Below are positions 40,141 through 50,177 of a stretch of DNA of 64,000 nt, piece by piece. The DNA lies in NCBI GenBank assembly GCA_965247115.1, contig CBDFGR010000002.1, positions 992,001 through 1,056,000 on the forward strand, written 5' to 3'. How positions within the stretch are numbered: position 1 is the stretch's first letter; each line of letters begins with the position of its first letter. The notes under the pieces were generated by a model. The model searched no databases, was not told the origin of the DNA, and saw only the letters and a program-made list of their open reading frames with translations. The position numbers and the translations under genes were made by a program. The stretch is from Myxococcota bacterium. Lineage in GTDB: Bacteria > Myxococcota_A > UBA9160 > SZUA-336.

Positions 40141-40557
40141 ATGAGCCAAGCGTGGGAGTCCGAGCCGGACCTCGACCCGTCGCGCACAGGAGAACGCTCG
40201 GGCCCGCTCGAGTCCCTGTTCCGGGAAGGGCTACGGCGCGCTGCGTCCCTGGGCTTCAGCTCCTTCTTCCTCACGGAGGAGGCCCTGCGGCGCGCCTTCA
40301 ACGACTCTGTCCCGCGCGAGTGGATCGAATACGTCGCGCGCCAGGGAGAAGACGTTCGAGCCGAGCTATTCAGGGCCCTCTCGCAGCAGTTCCAGAAATG
40401 GCTGAGCGAGATCGACGTCGTCGAGGTTCTGAGCGAGGTGGCACGGCGTCACGACATCTCCGTGCGCCTCGAGATCTCGGCGGCCCCCAAGCAGGAAGAG
40501 GATACGAAGAGGGAGTCCCCTCGCTCCCCTCTCGAAGTGATCTCGCGGCGAAAGTGA
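40141..40557 (+). CDS. hypothetical protein
   Basis: Helical 138-aa ORF with typical codon style, upstream of LLM gene. Confidence 0.65.
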   Translation: MSQAWESEPDLDPSRTGERSGPLESLFREGLRRAASLGFSSFFLTEEALRRAFNDSVPREWIEYVARQGEDVRAELFRALSQQFQKWLSEIDVVEVLSEVARRHDISVRLEISAAPKQEEDTKRESPRSPLEVISRRK

Positions 40558-40561
40558 GGCG

Positions 40562-41518
40562 GTGAGAGAGCTCCACGTCGGCGTGACTCCGTGGCTCTCG
40601 GACCCCGGCGGATCGGGGACCAGCCTGCCCGCACAGGCCGAGACTGCCGAGGCGCTCGGGATGCGCTCCTTCTGGCTCCCGGAGAGCCACTTCGTTGGGG
40701 CCGGGCCCATGCCCGCCCCGCTGCTCCAGCTCGCCGCAGTCGCCGCACGCACAAAGACGCTGCGGCTGGGGACCACTTCGTTTCTGCTGCCCCATCGCCA
40801 TCCTCTTCAGGTTGCCGAGGAGGTGGCCGTGCTGGACCAGCTCTCGATGGGGCGAACCATCCTCGGTGTCGGGCGGGGCTTCCGGAGCGCGCTGTTCGCA
40901 GCGTTCGATGTCCCCATCCGCGACAAGCGTGACCGCTTCGAAGCAGCTCTCAAGGTAATGTGCGGCGCGTGGGCCGGCGAGCCTGTGGGAATGGATCCCG
41001 ACGGCGAGGGCACTGAGACCCCGATCCTTCTCTCTCCCTTACCCGTGCAGCGGCCGCATCCGCCCATCTGGGTGGCCGCGTTTGGACCCAAGGCCCTGCG
41101 CCAGGCCGGGCGCCTCGGTCTACCGTACCTGGCCTCGCCGATGGAGACGATCAGTCGGCTGGAGGAGAACTACGCGCTCCACAGAGAGGCCTGTCCCGCG
41201 GAGCCGCCGAGTGATTTCGCAGTCCCCATCATGCGCACGCTCTTCGTCACGCGCGAGAAGGAGCTCGCCGATCGCGCCCGCCTGGCCCTGGAGCGCCAGG
41301 CCGCCGCGCTGTCACGCTCGCGCACGGTCCTGCGCCGGCCGCAGAGCTCGGTCGACGAGTGGGCCCTGATCGGGGAGCCGGGAGCTGTCTCCGATTCCCT
41401 CGCCAGCTACCGCGCGCGTCTGGGGATGACGCACCTTATCGTCCGACCCGGCATCCCGGACATCCCGCCAGTCGAAGTACGCAAGTCCCTGGAGCTCATC
41501 GCGGAGCTGGCAGCCTAG
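40562..41518 (+). CDS. LLM class flavin-dependent oxidoreductase
   Basis: 'WLPESHF', 'HPLQVAEEVAVLDQLS.GR..LGVGRG', 'PVQRPHPPIW'. Confidence 0.9.
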   Translation: MRELHVGVTPWLSDPGGSGTSLPAQAETAEALGMRSFWLPESHFVGAGPMPAPLLQLAAVAARTKTLRLGTTSFLLPHRHPLQVAEEVAVLDQLSMGRTILGVGRGFRSALFAAFDVPIRDKRDRFEAALKVMCGAWAGEPVGMDPDGEGTETPILLSPLPVQRPHPPIWVAAFGPKALRQAGRLGLPYLASPMETISRLEENYALHREACPAEPPSDFAVPIMRTLFVTREKELADRARLALERQAAALSRSRTVLRRPQSSVDEWALIGEPGAVSDSLASYRARLGMTHLIVRPGIPDIPPVEVRKSLELIAELAA

Positions 41519-42863
41519 GATTGCCCGCCGGCGACTCCGCCGTCGCACTAACGGCGGCAGCCGGGGAACGCAGAGAGGCATCGCGCAAGGCCTTCAGGGC
41601 CGCCGAGACCGCGGCGGCATCGACCTGGTCCGGGAAGCGCTCGGCAGCTCGATAGATGGCCTCGAGACGACCGTGCGTCTCGGCGGACAGGGAGGAAGCA
41701 AAGGACCGGGTACGCGACGTACGCAGGATGCGCCGATTCAGCGGATCGAAGAAGCGCCCGTCGAAGGCGGCGACCGCATGCATGACCGAGCTCTGGTCGC
41801 GCACGTGGATGGCGCCCAGCAGATGACCGAGCTCGTGGAGCACGGTAACACCCTGAATCGCGCCAGCCTTGGTGCATCCGACCACGGCGTGGGCGCCGAG
41901 TGGATCTGCGATCCCATAGCGCAGGTCAGCGAGCCAGCCCCGCTCCAGTGGCTCGACCGGCATGAGCGCGAGGACGATCCCGTCGGGAGGTGGCTCGGTG
42001 CCCGTGATGAGCTCGTTCAGAGCCTCGTCGAGTCTTGCTCCTTTTGGCGGGACCCACGGCTCCGGGTCGAGAGCGAGGCGCAGGCCCGCCTCTCGCTCGA
42101 AGGCCAGGAGCGGGCTCTCGAGCTCTGCGGCAACCCCCCTCGGAGTGAGCTTGCAGCCATCGAGCACTCGAGCGGCGACAACGCGGGTCTCGAGCTCGCC
42201 CCGCGTCCCCGCGTACAGGCGGCCCGCGAGACGCTCGCTGTTCATGGCCATGGCATCCAGGACGGCCCGGGTGATGCTGGGGCCCGGGCTCTCCTGGCGA
42301 GTCTCGATCCGGTCTTCCCAGACCAGACCCGCGTCGTCGGAGAGTCGGTAGTGGACTCGCACGCTGCCCCGCGGTGCCCCGTAGCGGTTCCGGATCCAGC
42401 CGATCCAGAACGGGCTCAGCTCGGACCTCTGGTGTTGCAGACCCTCGAACAGCTCGACACTGGCCACGAGCAGGTAGTCGAGTCCAAGCTCGTCGAGCTC
42501 GTCGGCGCTACCGAGATCTACACGCCGGACTGTCGAGAAGTCTCCAGACCTGGCAAGCGTGCTCTCCACGTTGGCCCGGAGACCCTCCACGACGGTGTCG
42601 TTGAAGTCGGAGTCTCCCGTTCTGTTGTCGCCCTCGCGCACCAGGCCGCGCCACTCGACACGAACCGGAGGTGCAGACCCCTCCCTCTCGGGGGTCGGCC
42701 TTGCATCTCTGAAGTGGCCGATGCCTAGGCTCGGCAGAGCCGACTCGGTCTGATCGAGCGGCCAGTCAAGATGGGGCCCGATCGGCGCCGGCAGGATTCG
42801 CAGCGCGCAGCCGAGCCCCGCAACGAGCAGCAGACACGCGAGCGGTTCAGCCGCGCGGTGCAT
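41496..42863 (-). CDS. putative lipoprotein zinc metalloprotease (metzincin)
   Basis: Lipobox-like 'AGLGC'; HELGHLLGAIH (HExxHxxGxxH) followed by Met-turn 'SVM'. Confidence 0.75.
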   Translation of the reverse strand: MHRAAEPLACLLLVAGLGCALRILPAPIGPHLDWPLDQTESALPSLGIGHFRDARPTPEREGSAPPVRVEWRGLVREGDNRTGDSDFNDTVVEGLRANVESTLARSGDFSTVRRVDLGSADELDELGLDYLLVASVELFEGLQHQRSELSPFWIGWIRNRYGAPRGSVRVHYRLSDDAGLVWEDRIETRQESPGPSITRAVLDAMAMNSERLAGRLYAGTRGELETRVVAARVLDGCKLTPRGVAAELESPLLAFEREAGLRLALDPEPWVPPKGARLDEALNELITGTEPPPDGIVLALMPVEPLERGWLADLRYGIADPLGAHAVVGCTKAGAIQGVTVLHELGHLLGAIHVRDQSSVMHAVAAFDGRFFDPLNRRILRTSRTRSFASSLSAETHGRLEAIYRAAERFPDQVDAAAVSAALKALRDASLRSPAAAVSATAESPAGNPRLPAPR

Positions 42864-43041
42864 CCCCGTCAGAGCTCGTGAAAAGAAGGAAAGCCATCGA
42901 CGGCCGCTTCGACGCCTCGCGCATGGCGAACTGAATGCCGTCGAGCGCCCAGCCCTGCGAGACCGTCTCGTTGATGATTCGCTCCAGCTCCTGGTCGGTG
43001 ACCGACGAGGTCTCCACCACCTTGTACTGCGTCTCAGCCAC
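42847..43041 (-). CDS. small DUF4177-like protein
   Basis: 'YKVVE......LE.IIN.....GW' pattern; overlaps hemB stop. Confidence 0.7.
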   Translation of the reverse strand: MAETQYKVVETSSVTDQELERIINETVSQGWALDGIQFAMREASKRPSMAFLLFTSSDGDAPRG

Positions 43042-44017
43042 GACCTCCCCGATCGTGGCGCGCAAAGTCCTTCGCAAAGTAGCTGATCACGCCGTCCGCG
43101 CCGGCCCGTCGGATCGCGGTGAGGGTCTCGAACATCGCGCGCTCCAGGTCGATCCAACCGCGCTGGGCGGCCGCGTGGATCATGCTGTACTCGCCGGACA
43201 CCTGATAGGCGAAGACGGGGACGTTGCAGCTGTCGCGGGCGGCTCGAATCACGTCGAGGTAGGCAAGCGCGGGCTTGACCATGACCATGTCCGCGCCCTC
43301 GGCGAGATCCGTCGCAATCTCCAGCAACGCCTCGCGCGCGTTGCCGGGGTCCATCTGGTAGCCGCGGCGATCTCCCGTCTGCGGGGTGGACTCCGCCGCG
43401 TCGCGAAACGGTCCGTAGAAGGCAGAGGCGTACTTCGCAGCGTAGGAGAGGATCGCGCGACCCTGGAAGCCCTCCAGGTCGAGCTGGCGACGGATCTCGG
43501 CCACGCGGCCGTCCATCATGTCACTCGGCGCCAGGACATCGGCGCCGGCGCGCGCGGCGGCCACGGCGGCCTTTCCGAGCAGGGGGAGCGTGGCATCGTT
43601 CTCCACATCCACGCCGTCGAAAACGCCGCAGTGCCCGTGGTCCGTGTACTCACAGAGGCAGATGTCCGCCATCACGACGAGCTCCGGCGCGGCGTCCTTG
43701 ATGCTGCGGATCGAGCGCTGCACAACGCCGTCGGGATCGAAGGCTGCCGAGCCGAGCGCGTCCTTCTCCGCAGGTATGCCGAACAGGATCACGCCCGCAA
43801 CGCCCAGATCCCAGATCTCCTTGGCCTCCTCCGCGAGCATGTCTGCGGAGAAGCGATCCACTCCCGGCATGGAGACGACCGGCTCTCGCACCCCCTCCCC
43901 TTCGACACAGAAGAGTGGATAGATCAGGTTGGCGGCGGACAGCCGCGTCTCTCTCACGAGATTCCGGAGTCCAGGCGTGCGACGCAGCCGTCGGGGCCGG
44001 TGCTCAGGAAATGCCAT
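43034..44017 (-). CDS. hemB: porphobilinogen synthase
   Basis: 'CLCEYTDHGHC', 'PSDMMDG', 'MVKP', 'AYQVSGEY'. Confidence 0.97.
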   Translation of the reverse strand: MAFPEHRPRRLRRTPGLRNLVRETRLSAANLIYPLFCVEGEGVREPVVSMPGVDRFSADMLAEEAKEIWDLGVAGVILFGIPAEKDALGSAAFDPDGVVQRSIRSIKDAAPELVVMADICLCEYTDHGHCGVFDGVDVENDATLPLLGKAAVAAARAGADVLAPSDMMDGRVAEIRRQLDLEGFQGRAILSYAAKYASAFYGPFRDAAESTPQTGDRRGYQMDPGNAREALLEIATDLAEGADMVMVKPALAYLDVIRAARDSCNVPVFAYQVSGEYSMIHAAAQRGWIDLERAMFETLTAIRRAGADGVISYFAKDFARHDRGGRG

Positions 44018-45533
44018 TCGAAGCCTCCGCGAATGACCGCTCCAGAGCGTCCGCGAGCCCCTCGCTGGTCTGCCGCTCCGCCACCTGGAAGGACGTCACT
44101 CCGTGGCACTCCAGGGCGGCCGCAGTCGTAGGTCCGATGCAGGCGAACACCAGGTCTCCGGCTCGTTCGACGATCTCCTCGGCCTCGAGGCAGGCAAAGA
44201 AGTGATCCGCGGTCGATGGACTCGTGAGGGTCACGGCGTCGAGACCGTCTTGCAAGGCCGCGGCGAGCTCAGCGGCGGCAGAACTGGGCAACGCCGTGCG
44301 GTAAGCCTCGATGGAGTCCACCTTCGCCCCCGCCTGCTCGAGCACTCGGGGCAAGGCCTCGCGTGCCAGGGACCCGCGCGGGAACAGGACAGCGGCGTCT
44401 CGCAGCGGGGAACGCGCCTGCATAGCGGCCGCGAGCTCCCCGGGGAGCGCGCGCTCTCCGGGTACGACGAGCGCGGGCAGCCCGGCTCGGGCGGCGGCTT
44501 CTGCCGTCGCCGAGCCGATGCACGCGATCCGCAGCTCCCCCAGGGTGGCTGTGCTGTCCAGGTACGGCTCGCTGAAGCGCACGGCATTCGCCGAGGTGAA
44601 CACGATCCAGTCGTAGCGGCTCGCATTGTCGAGGGCGACGGCGAGGCCGCGCGGATCTTCCGGTGGAAGAAACTCCAGAAGCGGCACACACACCGGCTCC
44701 GCCCCACGTCGCTGGAGCTCGACGGCCAGGGTTCCCCGCTGCTCTGCCGCGCGTGGCACCAGGACGCGTCGGCCAAAGAGCGGTCGGTGCTCGAACCAGA
44801 CCAGACTCTCGCGGAAGCGCGCCACCTCGCCCACGACGATGATCGTCGGCGCGGAGAGTCCGGCCTCGCGGGCCTGCGTCGCGAGCTCTCGCAGCGGAGC
44901 ACTGACGACGCGCTGACGTGCGGTCGTACCGCTCGCGATGACCGCGGCTGGCGTCTCGGGATCACGGCCCCCCTCCATCACGCGCGCCACGATGTCGTCG
45001 AGCCATGCGGTCCCCATGAGTACGACCAGGGTCTCGGCACTCGCCGCCAGACCTTCCCAGTCCACGCGCCGATCCACCGGCTCCTTGCCCCGGTGACCCG
45101 TCACCACGGCGACCGACGATGACCAGCGGCGATCCGTCAACGGTATGCCCGCGTACGCGGGCACCGCAAGTGCCGAGCTGATGCCGGGCACTACCTCGAA
45201 GGGAATGCCGGCTTCGCGCAGTGCGCTCGCCTCCTCACCGCCCCTGCCGAAGACGAAAGGGTCGCCGCCCTTGAGACGGACGACGTGCCGGCCGCCCCGG
45301 GCCTTCTCGATGAGCAGCTCGGCGATGTCCTCCTGCCGCACCCCGCGCGAGCCATCGCCGCGCTTTCCAACGTCGATCCGCTCAGCCTCCGGGCTCGCCA
45401 GGTCGAGAATTGCGGGTGGAATAAGCGCGTCGTACAGGATCACGTCGGCGCGCTCGAGCTCCCGGAGCGCGCGCACGGTCAGCAGATCCGGATCGCCAGG
45501 ACCCGAGCCGACAAGGACGACCCGACCGGTCAC
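44004..45533 (-). CDS. bifunctional uroporphyrinogen-III C-methyltransferase / uroporphyrinogen-III synthase (CobA-HemD)
   Basis: 'GPGDPDLLT', 'RLKGGDPFVFGRGGEE', then 'FTSANAV' and 'CIGPTTA'. Confidence 0.93.
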   Translation of the reverse strand: MTGRVVLVGSGPGDPDLLTVRALRELERADVILYDALIPPAILDLASPEAERIDVGKRGDGSRGVRQEDIAELLIEKARGGRHVVRLKGGDPFVFGRGGEEASALREAGIPFEVVPGISSALAVPAYAGIPLTDRRWSSSVAVVTGHRGKEPVDRRVDWEGLAASAETLVVLMGTAWLDDIVARVMEGGRDPETPAAVIASGTTARQRVVSAPLRELATQAREAGLSAPTIIVVGEVARFRESLVWFEHRPLFGRRVLVPRAAEQRGTLAVELQRRGAEPVCVPLLEFLPPEDPRGLAVALDNASRYDWIVFTSANAVRFSEPYLDSTATLGELRIACIGSATAEAAARAGLPALVVPGERALPGELAAAMQARSPLRDAAVLFPRGSLAREALPRVLEQAGAKVDSIEAYRTALPSSAAAELAAALQDGLDAVTLTSPSTADHFFACLEAEEIVERAGDLVFACIGPTTAAALECHGVTSFQVAERQTSEGLADALERSFAEASNGIS

Positions 45534-46438
45534 GGATCGGTCTCGATCAGCCGACCGGCGCCGCGCTGCAGCAGCTCGCGACCCAGCGTCATTCCGAGCA
45601 GCTCGGGCGAGCCGAGCTCGCCCTCCGCGGAGCCCTCGACGCGGTCACGTCCGTCGACCGACATGACCAGGGCACGCAGACGCAGGCGGATGCCGTGAAT
45701 GGACGCGTGCACGGCAATCGGGGTGCGGCAGTCCCCGCCAAGCTCGAACAGAAGCGAGCGCTCCGCACGCACCTGCCCAGCAACCTCAGGATCCTCGAGT
45801 CTTGACACTACCTGGTGTACTTCTTCGTCGTCGATGCGAATCTGCACGGCCAGCGCACCCTGCCCCGGCGCAGGTACATAGCGATCCGGGTCGAGCGGAT
45901 CGAGAATGCGATCCTCGAGACCGAGGCGGATCAGCCCCGCGGAGGCCACGATGATCCCGTGCAGCTCCAGCGACGAGATCTTCGCCAGGCGCGTGGGGAC
46001 GTTGCCGCGAATCTCGACGGGCTCGAGCTCGGGGCGCAGCGCGCGCACGAGCGCGATGCGGCGCGCGCTCCCCGTTCCAACGCGTGCGCCGGGCGGCAGC
46101 GAGGCGAAACGTTGGCCCTCGGCGCCGACGAACACGTCGCGCGGATCCTCGCGCTCGGGGTAAGCACCGATGGTCGTTCCCTGAGCCAGCCTGGTGGGCA
46201 TGTCCTTTGCGCTGTGTACGGCCAGGTCGATGGTTCCGTCGAGCAGGGCCTGCTCGAACTCTTCCACCCAGAGTGCCTTGCCGCCAACATCCGCCAGCGA
46301 GCCGGAGATCCGGTCGCCGGCGGTGGTCATCTTGATCAGCTCGACCTCATGGCCCCGTGCGCGCAGCTTCCGCGCCACCCGCTCGGCCTGGGCGAGCGCA
46401 AGCTCGCTCCCGCGAGTTCCGAGCGTAAGCTGCTTCAC
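45530..46438 (-). CDS. hemC: hydroxymethylbilane synthase
   Basis: 'GTRGSELALAQ', 'VHSAKD', 'RGNV.TR', 'GGDC'. Confidence 0.96.
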   Translation of the reverse strand: MKQLTLGTRGSELALAQAERVARKLRARGHEVELIKMTTAGDRISGSLADVGGKALWVEEFEQALLDGTIDLAVHSAKDMPTRLAQGTTIGAYPEREDPRDVFVGAEGQRFASLPPGARVGTGSARRIALVRALRPELEPVEIRGNVPTRLAKISSLELHGIIVASAGLIRLGLEDRILDPLDPDRYVPAPGQGALAVQIRIDDEEVHQVVSRLEDPEVAGQVRAERSLLFELGGDCRTPIAVHASIHGIRLRLRALVMSVDGRDRVEGSAEGELGSPELLGMTLGRELLQRGAGRLIETDP

Positions 46439-47703
46439 GAATCGTCCCCCTTTAGCCCAAATAGATGCCGGATGGCCTCTGCATAGTAGCCCGAGCCGTC
46501 TTCGGCCTCTGCCCGCAGGCGCTGCAGGGGCTGATGGAGGATCTTGGCGACGATGGCTTCCGCCAGCCGGTCCAGCGCCTGTGCCACGTCGCCCGAGCCG
46601 CCCTCCAGCCGCGCTGCGGTCCGCTGCGCCTCCCCGCGGGCCAGGCTCTCCGCCTGTTCGCGCAGCTCTCGGATGGTGGGCACCAGCGGGAGCGCAGCAC
46701 GCCAGCGTTCGAAGCGCTCCCGCTCCTCCGTGACGATGGTCAAGGCCGGTCCGACAGCCTCACCCCGGCTGGCGCGACCCTGCTCGGCCACGTGTTCGAG
46801 GTCGTCGATGTTGTACAGGTACAGGTTCTCCAGCTGCTGTGCGTCGGGGGCGACGTTGCGCGGCACCCCCAGGTCGATCACGAGCAGCGGACGTCCCTGC
46901 CTCCGTTGCATCGAGCTCCGCAGGGGCTCCACGCCTATGAGCGGCTCCTCGACCTCGAGCGAAGTCAGCACGACGTCCGCACGGACCAGCTCGAGGTCCA
47001 ACGACTCGAAGGGGCCGGAGCTCGCAGCGAGCCGCGCGGCCAGACTCGCGGCCCGCGACTCAGTGCGGTTCAGCACGACGATGTCCGTGGCGCCGGCATC
47101 GCGCAGTCCGAGCAGAGCAGATTCCGCCATCGCGCCCGCGCCGAGCAGCAGGACCCGTTTGCCGTCGAAGGGCTCGAAGATCTCGCGCGCGAGCTGGACA
47201 CCAACCCGGGCCACCGAAACTGGCGACGCAGCGAGCCCGGTTTCGCTGCGGACGCGCTTGGCGGCGCGGAAGGACTGCTGGAACAGCCGATTGAGTACGG
47301 GACCGCAGCTGCGCGCCTCCACCGCCGCCCGGTACGCGTCCTTCACCTGACCGAGGATCTGAGCTTCTCCCACGACCATGGAGTCGAGGCTTGCGGCGAC
47401 CTCGAACAGGTGGCTCACCACCTCGCCATCGCCGAGCACGTACACGCGATCTGCGCTCGCGCTCCCATCGCCGATCTCCTCGTGAAGGAAATGCTCGAGG
47501 CGTTCGCGCGCCGGCTGCGGGGAGCGCGCTACCGCGAGAAGCTCCGTTCGGTTGCAGGTCGCCAGGAGTGCCGCTTCCGAGAGGATCTCGCTCTGATTCA
47601 GCTTCTCGGTGAGAGTCGAAAGCTCCTTCGTGCCGACGGCATAGCGCTCACGCAGCGCGACCGGAGCGGTCTTGTGGCTCAAGCCCACGAGTAGCAGGTT
47701 CAT
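46435..47703 (-). CDS. hemA: glutamyl-tRNA reductase
   Basis: 'TCNRTE', 'LDSMVVGEAQILGQVK', 'GAGAM', 'DLGVPRNV'. Confidence 0.96.
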   Translation of the reverse strand: MNLLLVGLSHKTAPVALRERYAVGTKELSTLTEKLNQSEILSEAALLATCNRTELLAVARSPQPARERLEHFLHEEIGDGSASADRVYVLGDGEVVSHLFEVAASLDSMVVGEAQILGQVKDAYRAAVEARSCGPVLNRLFQQSFRAAKRVRSETGLAASPVSVARVGVQLAREIFEPFDGKRVLLLGAGAMAESALLGLRDAGATDIVVLNRTESRAASLAARLAASSGPFESLDLELVRADVVLTSLEVEEPLIGVEPLRSSMQRRQGRPLLVIDLGVPRNVAPDAQQLENLYLYNIDDLEHVAEQGRASRGEAVGPALTIVTEERERFERWRAALPLVPTIRELREQAESLARGEAQRTAARLEGGSGDVAQALDRLAEAIVAKILHQPLQRLRAEAEDGSGYYAEAIRHLFGLKGDDS

Positions 47704-48488
47704 GCGATCGCCCCGAGCAGGCGCACACCCAGGTAGGAGAAAGCGAGGATCGCGAAGCTCACGACCACCCCACGCGCGGGACGCGGCCCGTGCTGGTGGC
47801 GCAGTACCCGGAGACCTACGGGGACCAGGTACACGGCCCACGCGCCGAGGAGGAACAAGCTGTGAACCGACCAGGGACTCAGCCCGTGACTCAGGCCCCA
47901 GCCGAAGCCCGATACCACGCCCAGTGTGAGCAGTGCGTAGCCCAGGCTCAACGTGGCATGCTCTGCCCGATCCAGGCTCTCCAGGGCGGGCAGCAGCATG
48001 CGGGCGCGGCGCTTTTGCTTGAGCTCCCGTTCCTTGGCCAGATAGCCGAGCCCGGCCAGGCTGGCCAGGGCGAGCAGGCTGAAGCCCGCAGTCGAGAGCA
48101 GCACGTGCGCGTGAGACCAGGCGCCAGCCCCGAGCTCGGGCCCGAGGGGCTCCCGCAGCCACAGACCGATGTCTGCTGCGCCCGTGAAGATCGCGGCCAG
48201 GCCTGCGACCCAGACTCCGACGGGCCGCACCCGCGCAACGGCGAGGGAGCCCAGGAAGGCGAGAACGACCAACCAGCCTATCAACGAGACGGCCGCGGGG
48301 AAGCTCTCGAGTGGAACCGGGGGGGTCTCGAAGTGCAGCCCGTAGAAGCCAACGGAGTGTGGCACCGCTCCGAGTGCCACACCCCATACCACGGTGAGTC
48401 CCGCCCGCTCTCGCTGTCGGCCCATCCAGCCGTAGAGCGCCGCGCCAAGGTACAGGACTGCGGCGAGCTCGTGCCCGAGGTGCGTCAC
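47700..48488 (-). CDS. cytochrome c assembly family protein (CcsA/HemX-like)
   Basis: Multi-TM, 'HV', 'LPALE.LD', 'LLTLG..SG'; coupled to hemA. Confidence 0.8.
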   Translation of the reverse strand: MTHLGHELAAVLYLGAALYGWMGRQRERAGLTVVWGVALGAVPHSVGFYGLHFETPPVPLESFPAAVSLIGWLVVLAFLGSLAVARVRPVGVWVAGLAAIFTGAADIGLWLREPLGPELGAGAWSHAHVLLSTAGFSLLALASLAGLGYLAKERELKQKRRARMLLPALESLDRAEHATLSLGYALLTLGVVSGFGWGLSHGLSPWSVHSLFLLGAWAVYLVPVGLRVLRHQHGPRPARGVVVSFAILAFSYLGVRLLGAIA

Positions 48489-49021
48489 CGACCCAGCTTC
48501 GCCATCTGAGCGCGGATGCGTTCGGCATCGCGCACCTCCTCGAAGATGCGGTAGGCCGGCTCGCCGAAGAGGACGAACCGAACTTCTTCGAGAGAGGTCT
48601 CCCCCGCGAGATGGAGCTGCGTTTCCTCGAGCATGATCTCCGCGCAGCGCTGAACCGAAAAGCCCCCGATGCCAGTGCCGATGGCGGGAAACGCGATCCG
48701 CGCCAGGCCCCGCTCTTGCGCCAGCTCGAGGGAGCTGCGCACGCACTCTCGCAGGGAAGCTTCCGTGACCTCGCCGCCGAGCGCCATGCCCGCAGCGTGG
48801 ATCACGTGGTCCGCCGGCAACGCTCCTGCTCCCGTGATCGCCGCTTCTCCGAGACCGATCGGGCCGTGTCGGTCACACTCGGCCTGAATCGTCGGCCCAC
48901 CCTGCTCGCGAATCGCCCCCGCGACGCCGCCGCCAAGCTGCAGAGCGGTGTTCGCGGCATTGACGACCGCGTCAACCTCGGCGGCGGTGATATCGCCCTC
49001 TTCCAACAGGATGCGAGCCAT
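48485..49021 (-). CDS. macro domain (ADP-ribose binding/hydrolase) protein
   Basis: 'GDIT', 'VNAAN', 'GGGVAGAI', 'VIHA', 'FPAIGTGIGG'. Confidence 0.93.
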   Translation of the reverse strand: MARILLEEGDITAAEVDAVVNAANTALQLGGGVAGAIREQGGPTIQAECDRHGPIGLGEAAITGAGALPADHVIHAAGMALGGEVTEASLRECVRSSLELAQERGLARIAFPAIGTGIGGFSVQRCAEIMLEETQLHLAGETSLEEVRFVLFGEPAYRIFEEVRDAERIRAQMAKLGR

Positions 49022-49133
49022 CTCTCTCCGGGGGGCACTACCGTGGCGCCTCTGCCAGCGTCGCCGGGCGTGCATTCTGATGGTGGCGCCCAGAGCGCGC
49101 CGCGGCAAGCAAGGACTGATATCCTCGGCCTGG

Positions 49134-49544
49134 ATGTCACGTATCGCGCTCAAAGGCGCGGCTGTCCTCTGTGCACTGGCCTGCTCCCCGCTTTCTGTCT
49201 CTTTCGAGGAGGTCCCGCTCGAGGTGGCCCGCAGGCTGCTGCGCGATCCTGGCGTCACGCTGATCGAGGCGGTCGCTGACTCGACGGATGCGCAGGAGGC
49301 CCTGCCCGGCGGGCTCCGCTGGCGTCTGGGGGACGGACTCGCCTCGCCCCCGCAAGATCTCCCCTCCGGCCTCGCCCTGGTCATCGCGGAGAACCAGCGG
49401 ATCGCGCACCGTTCTGCGGCGGCGCTCGCCCGAGCGGGAAACCAGCAGGTCTACGTGTTCATCCCTACAAATGCAGAGGAGCGAAGCAGCTTGTATGCTC
49501 TCGCCCTTCAGATCGAGGAGACCGTTCGTGGCGAAGATTCTTGA
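49134..49544 (+). CDS. hypothetical lipoprotein, degenerate rhodanese-like
   Basis: Lipobox 'ALAC'; 'RS..AA.AL...G...VYV' rhodanese-like pattern without active-site Cys. Confidence 0.5.
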   Translation: MSRIALKGAAVLCALACSPLSVSFEEVPLEVARRLLRDPGVTLIEAVADSTDAQEALPGGLRWRLGDGLASPPQDLPSGLALVIAENQRIAHRSAAALARAGNQQVYVFIPTNAEERSSLYALALQIEETVRGEDS

Positions 49545-49851
49545 TATCACCGACGCGACCTACGACGAGGAAGTGTTGAACGCGGAACAGCCCGTGCTGA
49601 TCGACTTTTGGGCAGAGTGGTGCGCGCCCTGCCGCCAGCTGGCTCCAGTGATCAAAGAGTTGGCGGAGGAGTACGGCGACCGGCTGCGGGTGGCCAAGGT
49701 CGACGCCGACGCCAACACGGAGACTGCCGCCAAGCTCCAGATCCGAGCCCTCCCGACACTGCTGTTCATCAAGGACGGACAAGTCAAAGGCTCGCTCGTC
49801 GGCAACCAGCCGAAGTCAAAAATCCAGGAGCAGATCGAGGCGCTCTTATAG
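49528..49851 (+). CDS. trxA: thioredoxin
   Basis: 'VLIDFWAEWCAPC', 'ALPTL'. Confidence 0.93.
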   Translation: MAKILDITDATYDEEVLNAEQPVLIDFWAEWCAPCRQLAPVIKELAEEYGDRLRVAKVDADANTETAAKLQIRALPTLLFIKDGQVKGSLVGNQPKSKIQEQIEALL

Positions 49852-49884
49852 GTAGGCGAGGCGGAGTCAGAGGGCGGGAACCTA

Positions 49885-50177
49885 CTGAACTTAGGGACGG
49901 TCCTTAATCCGAACTTACTCCGCGTGAGACGACCGCAGCGACCCCTAGATCAACGAATGTGCCCAAGAGTCCCGCCAGAGTGACCAAAAGTTCCGACATC
50001 GGCCAAACAAGTTCGGATTAAGGACCGTCCCCAAGTTCGGATTCCGTAGAGAACCGGCAACCTCCTACGGGGCTTGGCAACCATGCAAGAGCCGCGGAAC
50101 GCGGCGCGCGCAGCGAAGGGCGTAGCCCTGAGCGGAGGTGGGTGGCCGCGGACGCCCGCGGCCGGGTCCCACAAGAC
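49885..50177. repeat. B-core-B' unit (49885-50040) + linker + module A' (50084-50177)
   Basis: Colinear with 13591-13882; the 92-bp cores align without gaps. Confidence 0.92.
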
